Position numbers and translations under genes: made by a program. Below are positions 39,959-50,416 of a stretch of DNA of 64,000 nt, one piece after another; position 1 is the stretch's first letter, and each line of letters begins with the position of its first letter. This DNA comes from an uncultured Candidatus Saccharibacteria bacterium (GTDB lineage Bacteria; Patescibacteriota; WWE3; UBA101185; UBA10185). Location: positions 186,583 through 250,582 of the forward strand of contig CAYLMU010000002.1 of NCBI GenBank assembly GCA_964385105.1, given 5' to 3'. The notes below the pieces were generated by a model that saw nothing but the letters and a program-made list of their open reading frames with translations, had not been told where the DNA came from and did not search any database.

Positions 39959-41086
39959 TTAATGTACATGATTATGACTACTAGCACTATCCTCTTTAGT
40001 AATAATATACGATGCAAGAAGTGTTGTAATAGGAATTGCCAATATCAACCCAATACTGCTCACAAGCATAGTTAAAATTTCTTCTGCTATAACTTGTGTG
40101 TTTACAACTTCACTAAAAGACCTTTCTGAATTTACAAATAAGAGCAGTAACGGCAAGGCTGAACCGGTATATACAAGAACTAGAGTGTTTACGGTTGAAG
40201 CTATATGGTCATGTCCGACTTTCATTGCTTCGCTAAATACTTGAGACGGTGTTAAACGAACATTCAAACTTTTGAGACGGGCAACAATAGACGCTTGGGT
40301 TATTGTTACATCATCTAAAATGCCTAAAGTGCCAATGACTACACCCGCCAGCAATAAACCTTGCATATTAATTCGTCCTTGCTTTGCTACTTGTAAAAAA
40401 TAAGCTTCTTCAGTGCCAAATCCAATAAGTTTTGTTGCATTTATAAAGATTATTGCAAGTATTCCAGTAATCAAAAGTGCAATAAAAGTAGAAATAATCG
40501 CAACTACAGTTTTTTTATTTAACCCGTGCGACAAGCTAAATGTAACCGGAGCAATTAACATTGCACCAATAATTGTAATAAGCAAAGGGCTTCTTTCGTT
40601 TAACAACTGCGGAAGAATAAAATTCATAATTATCAAAAATGAATACGCAAGGCCTAATAACGACGCGAATCCCCAAAACCTGCTAACTGCCAACACAACA
40701 ATTACAAAAATAATAAATAACCAAAGTAATGGATCACGCCTTACATAATCACTTATATAAAAAGTTACCTTACCGGCTTCATCTTCAACTCTAAGCAATT
40801 GTAATTCATCACCAAGTTTATATACTGGAGAATCAATTGTTGGAACATTTCCTACTTCAACAATCGCTTCTTCATTACTATCAGTAAGAATTTTGAGCTT
40901 TTGGTATGTTTGTGATTCTCCATAATACTCAACTTCTTGCTGTTCTATAATTTCAACAACTTTGCCTTCAACCGTTTCCTGTTTTAGTTCTGGTGGCATG
41001 AATATTTGTGGTTCAGGGTCTTGTGCTTGGGCCATTGTGTTTGCTGAAAGCATGATTAACAAAATAGCAAAAAAATATCTTATCAT
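39959..41086 (-). CDS. YibE/F-family membrane protein
   Basis: Signal peptide, extracytoplasmic N-domain, then multi-TM region with the YibE/F pattern. Confidence 0.55.
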   Translation of the reverse strand: MIRYFFAILLIMLSANTMAQAQDPEPQIFMPPELKQETVEGKVVEIIEQQEVEYYGESQTYQKLKILTDSNEEAIVEVGNVPTIDSPVYKLGDELQLLRVEDEAGKVTFYISDYVRRDPLLWLFIIFVIVVLAVSRFWGFASLLGLAYSFLIIMNFILPQLLNERSPLLITIIGAMLIAPVTFSLSHGLNKKTVVAIISTFIALLITGILAIIFINATKLIGFGTEEAYFLQVAKQGRINMQGLLLAGVVIGTLGILDDVTITQASIVARLKSLNVRLTPSQVFSEAMKVGHDHIASTVNTLVLVYTGSALPLLLLFVNSERSFSEVVNTQVIAEEILTMLVSSIGLILAIPITTLLASYIITKEDSASSHNHVH

Positions 41087-41128
41087 ACTCTAATAATATA
41101 TAAGTTTACGCCTTATTTCTAATTTGGG

Positions 41129-42532
41129 GTGTTATACTCTTTAAATATGCACGATAAATTTGTTAAAACTAATAGTCATTATCACAATGATTTAGTTAAT
41201 TTTTATACATATAACACAATGAAGAATAAGCGAGTTCTAGAAATCGGAAGTGGCACGGGCTATTTATTAAACGCAGTTGAACCCTCTTATGGAGTTGGAA
41301 TAGATATAGACAAAGAAATGGTAAACTTTGCCAGAGCTAAATATCCGCATTTAGTTTTTTATGAGACGGCTGCAGAGGAACTAACTGTTGAAAATTTAAA
41401 CATTGATATGAATTTTGAAGGATTTTTTGATTATATCCTAATTTCCAATACTTTATCTCTTACAGGCGATATACAAAAAATATTTTCAAGAATTAATGAA
41501 CTAAGTAATAACGACACGCGCATAATTATAAATAGTCATAATTTTTTATGGAGACCGTTAATATTACTAGTTGAAAAGTTTGGTTTTAAAAATAAGCATC
41601 CACGTGAAAACTGGCTTAATCTTGATGATATAGAAAAAATGCTTTATATGGAAGATTTTCAAACAATAAAACGTGGACAAAGATTCATATTTCCATTAAA
41701 AATACCGATAATTGAACCGTTTATTAACAAATATATAGCACCACTTCCAATAATAAACAGATTCTGTCTCACAACTACAATAATAGCAAGAAAACACGAT
41801 AATCAACCATTAAACTATTCAACAAGTGTAATAATTCCGGTTAGAAATGAAGCAGGAAATATTGAAAATGCAATTAAAAGGTTGCCCTATTTAGGTCCAG
41901 AAGTTGAGATTATATTTATTGAGGGGGGTTCGTCAGATAATACTGCAGATGAAATAAATCGAGTTATAAAAAAATATAAAACTCATAATATAAAACATCT
42001 AACACAAAAAGGAAAAGGAAAAGCAGATGCAGTATGGATGGGTTTTGATAATGCTACCGGTGATGTATTAATGATTCTTGATGGGGATCTAACAGTACCA
42101 CCGGAAGAATTAGAAAAATTTTATAAAATCATCAATACGAACAAAGGTGAGTTTGTTTATGGTTCTAGGTTGGTTTACACACCTGAAAAGCAAGCCATGA
42201 TGACGCTTAATATTTTTGGAAATAAGTTTTTTTCTTATATTTTTTCATGGCTTCTAAATGCAAATATTAAAGATACTCTGTGTGGTACTAAAGTTATGAC
42301 CTCTGAAAATTATAATAAACTTAAAGAAAACAGGGCCTATTTTGGGTATTTTGATCCTTTTGGGGATTTTGATTTAATTTTCGGAGCCTCAAAACTTAAT
42401 TTAAAATTCATAGAAATTCCAATAAAATATAAAGCGAGAACATATGGCAGTACCAATATATCTAGATTTAGGAATGGCGGACAACTTCTAAAAATGGTGC
42501 TCTTGACTTTAAATAAAACAAAATTTATTTAA
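41129..42532 (+). CDS. Bifunctional class I SAM methyltransferase / GT2 glycosyltransferase (Dpm1/polyprenyl-phosphate sugar synthase-like) fusion
   Basis: N-terminal VLEIGSGTGYL motif I; C-terminal GT2 VIIPVRNEAGNI...DGDLTVPPEEL (DxD). Confidence 0.7.
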   Translation: MLYSLNMHDKFVKTNSHYHNDLVNFYTYNTMKNKRVLEIGSGTGYLLNAVEPSYGVGIDIDKEMVNFARAKYPHLVFYETAAEELTVENLNIDMNFEGFFDYILISNTLSLTGDIQKIFSRINELSNNDTRIIINSHNFLWRPLILLVEKFGFKNKHPRENWLNLDDIEKMLYMEDFQTIKRGQRFIFPLKIPIIEPFINKYIAPLPIINRFCLTTTIIARKHDNQPLNYSTSVIIPVRNEAGNIENAIKRLPYLGPEVEIIFIEGGSSDNTADEINRVIKKYKTHNIKHLTQKGKGKADAVWMGFDNATGDVLMILDGDLTVPPEELEKFYKIINTNKGEFVYGSRLVYTPEKQAMMTLNIFGNKFFSYIFSWLLNANIKDTLCGTKVMTSENYNKLKENRAYFGYFDPFGDFDLIFGASKLNLKFIEIPIKYKARTYGSTNISRFRNGGQLLKMVLLTLNKTKFI

Positions 42533-44291
42533 GTTTGTAAATGTGTGCGAATGAGTGGTCTGAATCATTTCTAACAGATTCAACTAAAACATAGTTCTCA
42601 TTAATAAAATCAAAAATCTCTATACTGTAATCCTGTCCAAAATACGAACTTCTATCTGTAATATTTAAGTACTCAGACATGCTTCTATCTACAATAACAA
42701 TATATGTAGCGTTTACATGACTCAAATAATTAATCATATACTCCTCTCCAAGTACATCAATAAATAAAGGAAAAAATGCAGTAAATAGAAAAGGGTCGCT
42801 TTTCCTCTGCGTTTTAAGACTTAATATTGAACTTTCAGGCACAAATACTACAATGTCACTTGAATCCGTTAATCTATTTACAGCGGTCGCTACCTTATCA
42901 TAATTATTTGCTACATTTGTACTTGTTCTTATTTCACCATACGGAGTATTAAAAACCTTATCAAAGTTATTAGTATACAGACTTAATAAATAGCTAATAA
43001 TTGAGCTTATAATTAAGATGCCAGTAAAAATATTAATTAGGACAACCCGATTTTTATAAAATTTACTTTCAATTAACTGATTTGCCAAAATAAAAAATGT
43101 TAATACGCACAGTGGAAATGATGTAGAGATGTAAACATCTGAGTATAAGAGAAAAAAAGATTTAGATAAAGAAGAAACTGATAATAAGATTAATAATATA
43201 TACAAAAGGGTTGGTTTCATGATATAAGACTTTTTATGTTCTTTGATTAAAAAATATACTAACGCACAAAGTGAAAAAATCTGAGCCAACCACAATAATA
43301 AATAATTTTTTGTGTATACATTAAAAAACATCAATAATAATGATAAAACTATTAAATTAATGTGGGTTGAGATTTTTTCATATGAGTTTGCTTTCGTATT
43401 CTCTAAATTTTTTGTGATAAACAATATAAAACATATAAAAAAAGTTCCAACGAAAACAAGTATAAGCTTATAAAAAATAAATGTACTTGGAAATGAACCA
43501 TTTAATATATAAAGATTTTTTAATGATTGACTTTTAGATAATGAATGCATAAATAATATTCCTTGTTTCATGTCGTAAATACTCACTCCTGTATTTATTA
43601 GGCCTAAATAAGATATAAAAGGTACAACAAGAAATAAGACACACACAGTAATCATCCTTCTAAAAGACAATAGATGTTTAAAAAACAAAATAAGATATAT
43701 GCTGACTATAATAATTGAGATAATATAGTCTAATTTAAAGCTTAATGATGCCCCGTAAAAAAGATATGCAAGATGTAGATAATTACTTTTTTCTGTTTTA
43801 GCAAATAAAATAAAAAAATATGAACCTAAATAAAATGTGCAAGTTGCATAAGTAACTGCATATGCATACGGTAATATATATTTACCAAAAGGTGTTATAA
43901 GAAATACTATAAGAATTACGTTTGCAGAAAAGCTAAAAGTTTTTGAATTATAAATCCTTGAAATCAGATAAAGTGCTATTACAACCATTAAACCAGTAAG
44001 TAATCCAGAAATGTATAATACATCAAAACTTAGTCCAAAGATTTTAAGTAAAGCAACATTGAGCTGATAAGACAGCGGGCCATAAATATTTAAAACATTT
44101 TTATACAATGCCCAATTGTACTCGACTATCTGTATTGGTAAGAATAATTCCCTGCCTGTATCAATGAATTGTTTAGTATAGCTAATTCCATAAAACGGTA
44201 GTGATAATAATAAATAAATGATTGAGAGTAGCAACAATATAATACAATCATTAAATCTCTCAATGTTTAGCAAAAACCTTCTCAAAAACAT
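42525..44291 (-). CDS. Large polytopic membrane protein, probable GT-C-fold glycosyltransferase (polyprenyl-phosphate-sugar dependent)
   Basis: 588 aa, at least 12 TM helices in the first 450 aa, soluble C-terminal domain. Context with the GT2 synthase supports a GT-C role. Confidence 0.45.
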   Translation of the reverse strand: MFLRRFLLNIERFNDCIILLLLSIIYLLLSLPFYGISYTKQFIDTGRELFLPIQIVEYNWALYKNVLNIYGPLSYQLNVALLKIFGLSFDVLYISGLLTGLMVVIALYLISRIYNSKTFSFSANVILIVFLITPFGKYILPYAYAVTYATCTFYLGSYFFILFAKTEKSNYLHLAYLFYGASLSFKLDYIISIIIVSIYLILFFKHLLSFRRMITVCVLFLVVPFISYLGLINTGVSIYDMKQGILFMHSLSKSQSLKNLYILNGSFPSTFIFYKLILVFVGTFFICFILFITKNLENTKANSYEKISTHINLIVLSLLLMFFNVYTKNYLLLWLAQIFSLCALVYFLIKEHKKSYIMKPTLLYILLILLSVSSLSKSFFLLYSDVYISTSFPLCVLTFFILANQLIESKFYKNRVVLINIFTGILIISSIISYLLSLYTNNFDKVFNTPYGEIRTSTNVANNYDKVATAVNRLTDSSDIVVFVPESSILSLKTQRKSDPFLFTAFFPLFIDVLGEEYMINYLSHVNATYIVIVDRSMSEYLNITDRSSYFGQDYSIEIFDFINENYVLVESVRNDSDHSFAHIYKLK

Positions 44292-44307
44292 GTAATAATA
44301 TTACATT

Positions 44308-45033
44308 ATGGAAATCAAAAGTTATATTGATGTGTGGCATAGTAAAAAAGCTTTGAGAATGTGTTATGAAAAATGGTATAAAAATCAAAAAAGTGATATG
44401 TCTGAAATTCATGGCATTAATATAGAATTGGGTTCAGGTATAAGTAATATTAAGTTTTTCATTGAAAACATTATTACCTCAGACGTAAATGGTGAATTGA
44501 GGCCAGATATGGTATTTGATGCATATAACATTCCATTCGAGGATAACACATTATCCAACATTTTAATGCTTGATGTAGTACATCACTTGTATGATCCGGT
44601 GAGATTTTTGGAAATTGCATATAAAAAACTTAAATCCAAAGGCCGCATTTTAATGGTAGAGCCATATCCAAGTATTTGGTCGTTACCTATATATAAAATA
44701 TTCCATAATGAACCATTTAATTTCAAAATAGATTACTTTAATGATGATTTATCACACTTTAAATCAAAAGATCCGTGGGATTCTAACCAAGCTATACCAT
44801 ATTTAATTTTTTTCAAAAACGAAAAAAAATTTAATGATAATTTTGGAAAAAAATACAGAATAATTAAAAAAGAACGTATGGATTTTATTTTATATCCCCT
44901 TTCCGGGGGCTATGGCAATCCACAGTTGGTACCGAATAAACTTATAAAATCCTTTTTAAGACTTGAAGCAACTTTAGAGCCTTTGTCAAAATTCATGGCA
45001 TTTAGATGTTATGTGGTACTGGAAAAACTATAA
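44308..45033 (+). CDS. Class I SAM-dependent methyltransferase (type 11-like)
   Basis: IELGSGISNI motif I, acidic motif II LMLDVVHHL. Confidence 0.5.
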   Translation: MEIKSYIDVWHSKKALRMCYEKWYKNQKSDMSEIHGINIELGSGISNIKFFIENIITSDVNGELRPDMVFDAYNIPFEDNTLSNILMLDVVHHLYDPVRFLEIAYKKLKSKGRILMVEPYPSIWSLPIYKIFHNEPFNFKIDYFNDDLSHFKSKDPWDSNQAIPYLIFFKNEKKFNDNFGKKYRIIKKERMDFILYPLSGGYGNPQLVPNKLIKSFLRLEATLEPLSKFMAFRCYVVLEKL

Positions 45034-45063
45034 CTATACTTCATACCTTTTCCTACCCCAAAC

Positions 45064-45348
45064 TTAAGAACCGGCAAAAGGTGTTCCAAAAATCCCCACT
45101 GCTAATTCTGCCCAAATTAATAGAAATACACCCATAATTATCATTACAGCAATAACTCTATTATTCTTATTATTTATTTTACATGCTGTATACTCTATGA
45201 ATGTTCCTGTCATGAATAATAAAAACCCCATAACTATAAAATCAAATAAATTCCAGTCAACCTCTTCGCTAAATTGCATGGCAATTAAAGGAATTAATAG
45301 CAAAATTGCTGTTGCACCAAATATTCTTGTTAAACTTTTTGAATTCAT
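45064..45348 (-). CDS. Small 3-TM membrane protein (hypothetical)
   Basis: 94 aa, three hydrophobic helices. Confidence 0.3.
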   Translation of the reverse strand: MNSKSLTRIFGATAILLLIPLIAMQFSEEVDWNLFDFIVMGFLLFMTGTFIEYTACKINNKNNRVIAVMIIMGVFLLIWAELAVGIFGTPFAGS

Positions 45349-45372
45349 ATTCCTGCGCCTCCATTAAATTTT

Positions 45373-45936
45373 CTAAAGTATTAACTTTGCACGAAAACCG
45401 CGTGATGCATAGTAAGATTCTGCTCCATTGTGGTATAAAAAAACAGTATTGTAGCGCCTATCACAAAATACAGCGCCACCAAGCTCTCTAATTTTTGTTG
45501 GTGTTTCTACCCAAGTAGATGTTTTTGTATCAAACTCACCAAATGTCTGGAGTGTTCTGTATTCGTCTTCAGTTAATAGCTCTGTACCCATTGACCCGGA
45601 CATTCCAACCGCACTACCGTTTGGTTTGTGCTTTTTACGGGATTTTAAAGCTGCTTCGTCATAACATAAACTTCTCCTACCGCTTGGGCTTTCAGGTGAA
45701 CAATCAATAAAAACAAACTCATTTTTGTTATTACTAATATCAACAACATCAGGCTCACCTCCTGAATCTTCCATTTCGTTTAATGACCATAGCTTTGAAT
45801 CTTCTTTTTCGAGTTTTGCTAAAACATCAGCCCATTTTGTATTTTTGTGGCGCTGCATGTTTTTATTAAATCTTTCTTCGAGTGTTTGTAAAAATTTTTG
45901 TTTTTGATTTAAAGTCAGTTTTTTTGATGTATTCAT
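45373..45936 (-). CDS. DUF4256-family protein
   Basis: Conserved pattern LWSLNEMEDSGGEPDVV...GRRSLCYD...SRKKHKP...GGAVFCDRRY...HNGAESYYASRGFR, which I recognise as DUF4256. Confidence 0.5.
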   Translation of the reverse strand: MNTSKKLTLNQKQKFLQTLEERFNKNMQRHKNTKWADVLAKLEKEDSKLWSLNEMEDSGGEPDVVDISNNKNEFVFIDCSPESPSGRRSLCYDEAALKSRKKHKPNGSAVGMSGSMGTELLTEDEYRTLQTFGEFDTKTSTWVETPTKIRELGGAVFCDRRYNTVFLYHNGAESYYASRGFRAKLIL

Positions 45937-46043
45937 TCATTGGTATTATAACAGTTTTATCTTTTATGCTAGTATTCATACATAAGTCAGGAAGTAAATA
46001 TGAATTTGTTGACATTAACAACTTTATAACCTATAAACTGTGC

Positions 46044-47129
46044 ATGAAATTCATAATCATGGCCGGAGGGCAAGGCACAAAACTTTGGCCGCTAAGCACT
46101 GAAGCCCGACCTAAACAGTTTAGTAATATAATAGGAGGTAAATCACTCTTTCAGCGAAATCTGGAAGATCTTCTTTCTTCATTTTCACCTGATGACATTT
46201 TTGTTTCAACATCTGAAGATTATAAAAACTATGTTTATGAACAAGCACATATGCTACCTAAAGAAAACTTTATATTTGAACCGCATATTAAAAAAGGGAC
46301 GGGTCCTGCATCATGTTACTCAATGGCTCACATGCTGAAAAAATTTCCAAATGAGGTTATTAGCTTTTATGTACAACCTGTAGTTATAAGAGAACCACGA
46401 GAAGCTTATATAGAAATGCTTAAAGAGATGGAGGTTTTAGTAAAGCGCCACGGTAAACTCATTACCGGCGTTATGAAGCCGACGCATCCTGAAGTTGGAA
46501 GTGATTATATTGAGCTGGGCCAAAAGCTAGACTCAACCGGCAGTCTTGAGGTTTATACAAACAACCATTTTGTTGAGCGACCAAAAACTATGGAAGAAGC
46601 CATTAAAATGATTGAGACAACCTCTTTGGGAATACATTGTAACCACTATGCATGGACTCCGGCAAAATTTTTTGAATCATTAAGTAAGCATCACAAAAAC
46701 TGGTTTGACATTAGTATAAAAATGGCCGAAGAATTAGAAAATAATGCAACTTTTGAACAAATCAGCAACATATACAACGAATATGAACCCGGCAATGTAG
46801 AAATTTTCACTAAAAAAGTTTATGAAGATGAGGGTGTTCAAATTGTAATGTTGCCGTTTAATTGGATTCACATAACGACCTGGAATGATGTCTACGAGTA
46901 CCTCGCAAAAAACACAGACGCTACCTTGCAAGGAAACGTAGTACAGGTCAATTCGAAAAACAATTTAGTTATCAATAATACTACTCAATTAGTATCTGTA
47001 CTAGGTTTAAATGACATAGTAGTTATTCAAACCGAAGAAGCAACTTTGATTTGCCCTAAAAGTATGTCCGGTAAACTTTCGGAACTTTTGAACGAAGTTG
47101 ATAATAAAGGTTATGATGCTTTGCTTTAA
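46044..47129 (+). CDS. Mannose-1-phosphate guanylyltransferase-like sugar nucleotidyltransferase
   Basis: N-terminal MKFIIMAGGQGTKLWPLS (G-rich NTP_transferase motif); length ~360 aa. The internal Met at 46044 was used instead of the ORF-track start at 45882. Confidence 0.65.
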   Translation: MKFIIMAGGQGTKLWPLSTEARPKQFSNIIGGKSLFQRNLEDLLSSFSPDDIFVSTSEDYKNYVYEQAHMLPKENFIFEPHIKKGTGPASCYSMAHMLKKFPNEVISFYVQPVVIREPREAYIEMLKEMEVLVKRHGKLITGVMKPTHPEVGSDYIELGQKLDSTGSLEVYTNNHFVERPKTMEEAIKMIETTSLGIHCNHYAWTPAKFFESLSKHHKNWFDISIKMAEELENNATFEQISNIYNEYEPGNVEIFTKKVYEDEGVQIVMLPFNWIHITTWNDVYEYLAKNTDATLQGNVVQVNSKNNLVINNTTQLVSVLGLNDIVVIQTEEATLICPKSMSGKLSELLNEVDNKGYDALL

Positions 47130-47135
47130 TCTTTA

Positions 47136-47558
47136 TTACTCACTTGCCGCAACATCTATCATCCAACAAACACCAAACTTATCTTTAAAAGAAGCAAAGT
47201 ATGATCCCCAAAACATTTTTTCATAAGGCATTTCTACAGTGCCACTTTCAGAAAGTTTTTCAAAAAGTCTTTTTCCCTCGGCTACATCTTCAGGGCTCAA
47301 ACAAATATAGTTGTTATTTCCTTCTACAAGTTTCATCCCCTGTGACTCGGAAATGTCTGATGCCATTAAAATTGCATCACCAACAGGAAGTGAAATATGC
47401 ATTATTTTATTTGCTTCTTCATCGCTTACTTGATGCTCCTCATTAGGTACATCACTAAATCTCATAACAGCAGTAAATTCCCCTCCAAATACAGATTTGT
47501 AAAAATTAAAAGCTTCTTCGGCATTTCCGTTAAAATTTAAGTATGGGTTTATTTTCAT
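47136..47558 (-). CDS. VOC-family (glyoxalase/PhnB-like) protein
   Basis: MKINPYLNFNGNAEEAFNFYKSVFGG is the PhnB/3-demethylubiquinone-like VOC N-terminus. Confidence 0.6.
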   Translation of the reverse strand: MKINPYLNFNGNAEEAFNFYKSVFGGEFTAVMRFSDVPNEEHQVSDEEANKIMHISLPVGDAILMASDISESQGMKLVEGNNNYICLSPEDVAEGKRLFEKLSESGTVEMPYEKMFWGSYFASFKDKFGVCWMIDVAASE

Positions 47559-47684
47559 GTATGCTCCAAAAAAATAGTTACTTTATATAGTTTAGCTTTT
47601 TTTACACTTTATTTCATCAAAGTTTTAGTAAATAAACATGATAATCGATCCTATTCTGCGCAAATTTAGTTATACATTGTTTGC

Positions 47685-47930
47685 TTAAGAAATATTATTA
47701 AGCTGTTTGTAGCGGGTAAGAATTGTATTTGACCACCACATACTTACACCATACTCTTCTCTCAAATAACGTGAGATTGCAGGAGAGCCGTGCTTTTTCA
47801 CATTTAACTCATCAAGGATTTTGTCCCACTCCTCCCAGCTTCGACCGGTTTTAACAGCAACAGTTTCTGGTTTGATTCGTTTTATGAAAGTATCTGTTAA
47901 AATACCTTTTTTATGTTTACCTTTTATCAC
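47685..47930 (-). CDS. DUF4287-like small protein
   Basis: KTGRSWEEWDKILDE...KHGSPAISRYLREEYGVSMWWSNTILTRY pattern. Confidence 0.4.
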   Translation of the reverse strand: MIKGKHKKGILTDTFIKRIKPETVAVKTGRSWEEWDKILDELNVKKHGSPAISRYLREEYGVSMWWSNTILTRYKQLNNIS

Positions 47931-48172
47931 AACTTATCTCCTTACTTAATTAATGTAATTTATTATAACTTAATGCCTGATAGTCTATATTTTAAGGGTT
48001 ATTTTTTAAGACTGCATAATCTACAATCCATACTTAGGAGAATATTCTGTCAAATTGTTATAATGGTAAATTTGGCATAAAGTTCCTTTTAAATTGTATG
48101 GTTAGTGAACTAAAATAAATTGATTTCTGTCATCAAAGTTAAAAATAGACTAAACATAGATGGTTTATAATT

Positions 48173-48835
48173 TTGTATATGAGCCATTTTAACGAAATAG
48201 ACTTTGGAATTCCTTTGTCTGATGAAAGTCAAAACACAAATAGTGAGGTTACTGACGCTATAGTAAGCTTACAATCAGAAGGATTTACTATAAGCCCAAT
48301 AATTCAAGAACAGTTTGAGGACGGAGACTTATCAAAGGCATTGGGAGAAAAGTTTTCTTCAACTGAAATAAGAGAGTTTATAAAAAACAGTAGTCTTTTT
48401 TTAGATTTTAGAGCATCAGAAAAAGCATTGATTATGCTTGGAGATAACGTAACAATCCCCGAATCAATTGGTGCAAATGGAACTATTAGAAGAAGCGAAA
48501 CAGGGCAACGTGTATTAATAAGCGTTTTAGAAAGTGAAGGTATTGATCCATCTAAGGTTTTGATGTTTCGTGTGACTCAACCTAGTGAGTTACCAAAACC
48601 TGAATACTATTGGACATCTGCGTACTTTGAAGCAGTCAATGGCTTAAACGAAGAAATAGATCCGTAAATTAGATCACAGTCTGTTATTTTGGTTAGTACA
48701 ATTAAAGAAATAAATACAAATGAGGGGCTGATTGTAGATATAAATGATGATAACCAATTACCTGTACGACAAATAGGATTGGCGCCCTTTGATCAATCTC
48801 GATGTTTAGCTATTATAACAAGAGAAGTTTTATAG
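48173..48835 (+). pseudogene. Paralog copy 1 of a 214-aa unknown protein; in-frame TAA at 48665-48667 where copy 2 has GAA
   Basis: Aligns along its length with 52263..52907. The ORF ends ...EEIDP at TAA, but the same frame continues IRSQSVILVSTIKEI...RQIGLAPFDQSRCLAIITREVL, homologous to the copy 2 C-terminus. Confidence 0.5.
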
Positions 48836-49158
48836 AAGTATTCTTCTAGTCCAGCTGGTTTCCCACTCTTTATCTGTTTCAACCTTTTGTTTCGGATTTC
48901 TATATTCGATATTCGTTTTTCTAGTTCATCTATTGTTATGTATAAATTTTATCACGTGAAATTATACAAAATGTCGTAGCTCAAAATGGACAGTTTTTTG
49001 ATACTATTTTAGAATTTTCTTTCGTGACAGTAAGTGTTGTTTTCAACTTTGGGTGGGTATTAGCAAACAAGTTCGAACTATATTATATGCATAATTATAT
49101 TAAACTTCGTGTTATAGAGTTTATTGATGGAGACCCCAAGTCTATTATGCTCAAAAAG

Positions 49159-50283
49159 CTAGTTTTTGCTAATACCCTTAACTAGTCTTTCGCCAATACC
49201 TTTTGCTTCAAATTTTGCTAGTTCTCTTCTTATATCCTCAATAGTACCTATCACATTACAAGACAATCTCTTATCTAAGTCGATTTTTTGAGCTTTCATC
49301 TCGTCTCTACTCAACCAACTCCCTCCCACTTCTACTCTGAAACCAAATCTTGATGCAAATTGAGCCATTGTAGGGTTTGTAGTACCAGATAATGCTATTA
49401 AGTGAACATTGCCTAACTGATGTTGTTCGAAAGCGTGTAAAAAATTTTTCATTCCTCTATATGCCATTGCCATCGCTACTCTCGGGTCTACTTCGCCCGG
49501 TGATGTTGCATTGAAAGGTGTGAAGTCTATTTTTGCTATTTGTGATTCCCCGACTGTTACAAATATTCCACATGACTTAAAATAAGTGTTTCCTGGATCG
49601 CTTTTGTCAATATTATATCTTGTAAGAAAATTATTTTCACCCTCGTAAGCTGTGTTTGTATTATTGTAATGGCTTTCTTCTCCCGATAAAGTTAGGTATG
49701 AGTGTGGGTTAAAATAACGATATTCTTCCTCATCTTCATAATATTCTGGCTCGTATTCATCACCTCCAAAGTCCAAAAAGTCATAGGCTCTATTTGCCAT
49801 GTCAACTAATCTACCTCTTAGAATGTATGTCTCTGTATTTTCTTCTGCCTCTGGTATTAATTTTGATGCTCTTTCTGAAGTATCCGCTAATATATAAATC
49901 TCAGGGTATCGTAAATGTTCAAATCTGTTGTTTGGTATTTTGGACATTTGTAAAATTACTCTATACAAAGGCGATTCAGTTCCTATTTCAATATTGTTAG
50001 CTTCAGCTATCCTTGTTAGTAAAGAAATGTCCTCTATAAGTTCTTGTAAGTCGTGTTCGGTTACTAAAGCATGCGTCAATTGTTCTGAGCGATACGCTAT
50101 TAAGCTTTCAGGGTTTGATATGTGTAACTCTGTAAGTGTCTCTGGGAATTCCTCGTTCCAGCCAATTGAATTGTAATTCTCCCTTATAGATGACCAACTT
50201 TTCGCTAAGTTCACATCACTTTCTGCTACCTCATGAGGTTGTCCCTCACCATGTTCTACAATGTTTGATGCTAATCTAGGCAC
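49159..50283 (-). CDS. Hypothetical 374-aa protein with an acidic Tyr/Glu-rich linker and a possible GNAT-like C-terminal fold
   Basis: No confident motif. Central GGDEYEPEYYEDEEEYRYF; C-terminal VAMAMAYRGMKNF...HLIALSGTTNPTMAQFASRFGFRVE is loosely acetyltransferase-like (weak). Confidence 0.45.
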   Translation of the reverse strand: MPRLASNIVEHGEGQPHEVAESDVNLAKSWSSIRENYNSIGWNEEFPETLTELHISNPESLIAYRSEQLTHALVTEHDLQELIEDISLLTRIAEANNIEIGTESPLYRVILQMSKIPNNRFEHLRYPEIYILADTSERASKLIPEAEENTETYILRGRLVDMANRAYDFLDFGGDEYEPEYYEDEEEYRYFNPHSYLTLSGEESHYNNTNTAYEGENNFLTRYNIDKSDPGNTYFKSCGIFVTVGESQIAKIDFTPFNATSPGEVDPRVAMAMAYRGMKNFLHAFEQHQLGNVHLIALSGTTNPTMAQFASRFGFRVEVGGSWLSRDEMKAQKIDLDKRLSCNVIGTIEDIRRELAKFEAKGIGERLVKGISKN

Positions 50284-50416
50284 GGTTAATACTTAAATTA
50301 ATTTTCATAAGAACATTATATCATGTTGATTTATCTTGTGGCTTGTGCCTAGAAATATTGTTGTTATAGGTAGAAAACCATGGCTGGGCGTTGGAGTCCA
50401 AGTTCGAACTATAGTC

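Noticed and set aside
45882-46043. N-terminal 54-aa extension of the ManC-like gene
   Set aside because: The extension is hydrophobic nonsense overlapping the divergent DUF4256 gene start. Nucleotidyltransferases of this family begin at the MKxxIxAGGxGTRL motif.
50380-50415. Possible tRNA 3' half / attachment site because of GGAGTCCAAGTTCGAACT
   Set aside because: AGTTCGAACT is a perfect 10-bp palindrome, not a GTTCRANYC T-loop between T-stem halves; no acceptor stem or CCA context is present. No tRNA could be folded by eye anywhere in the window.
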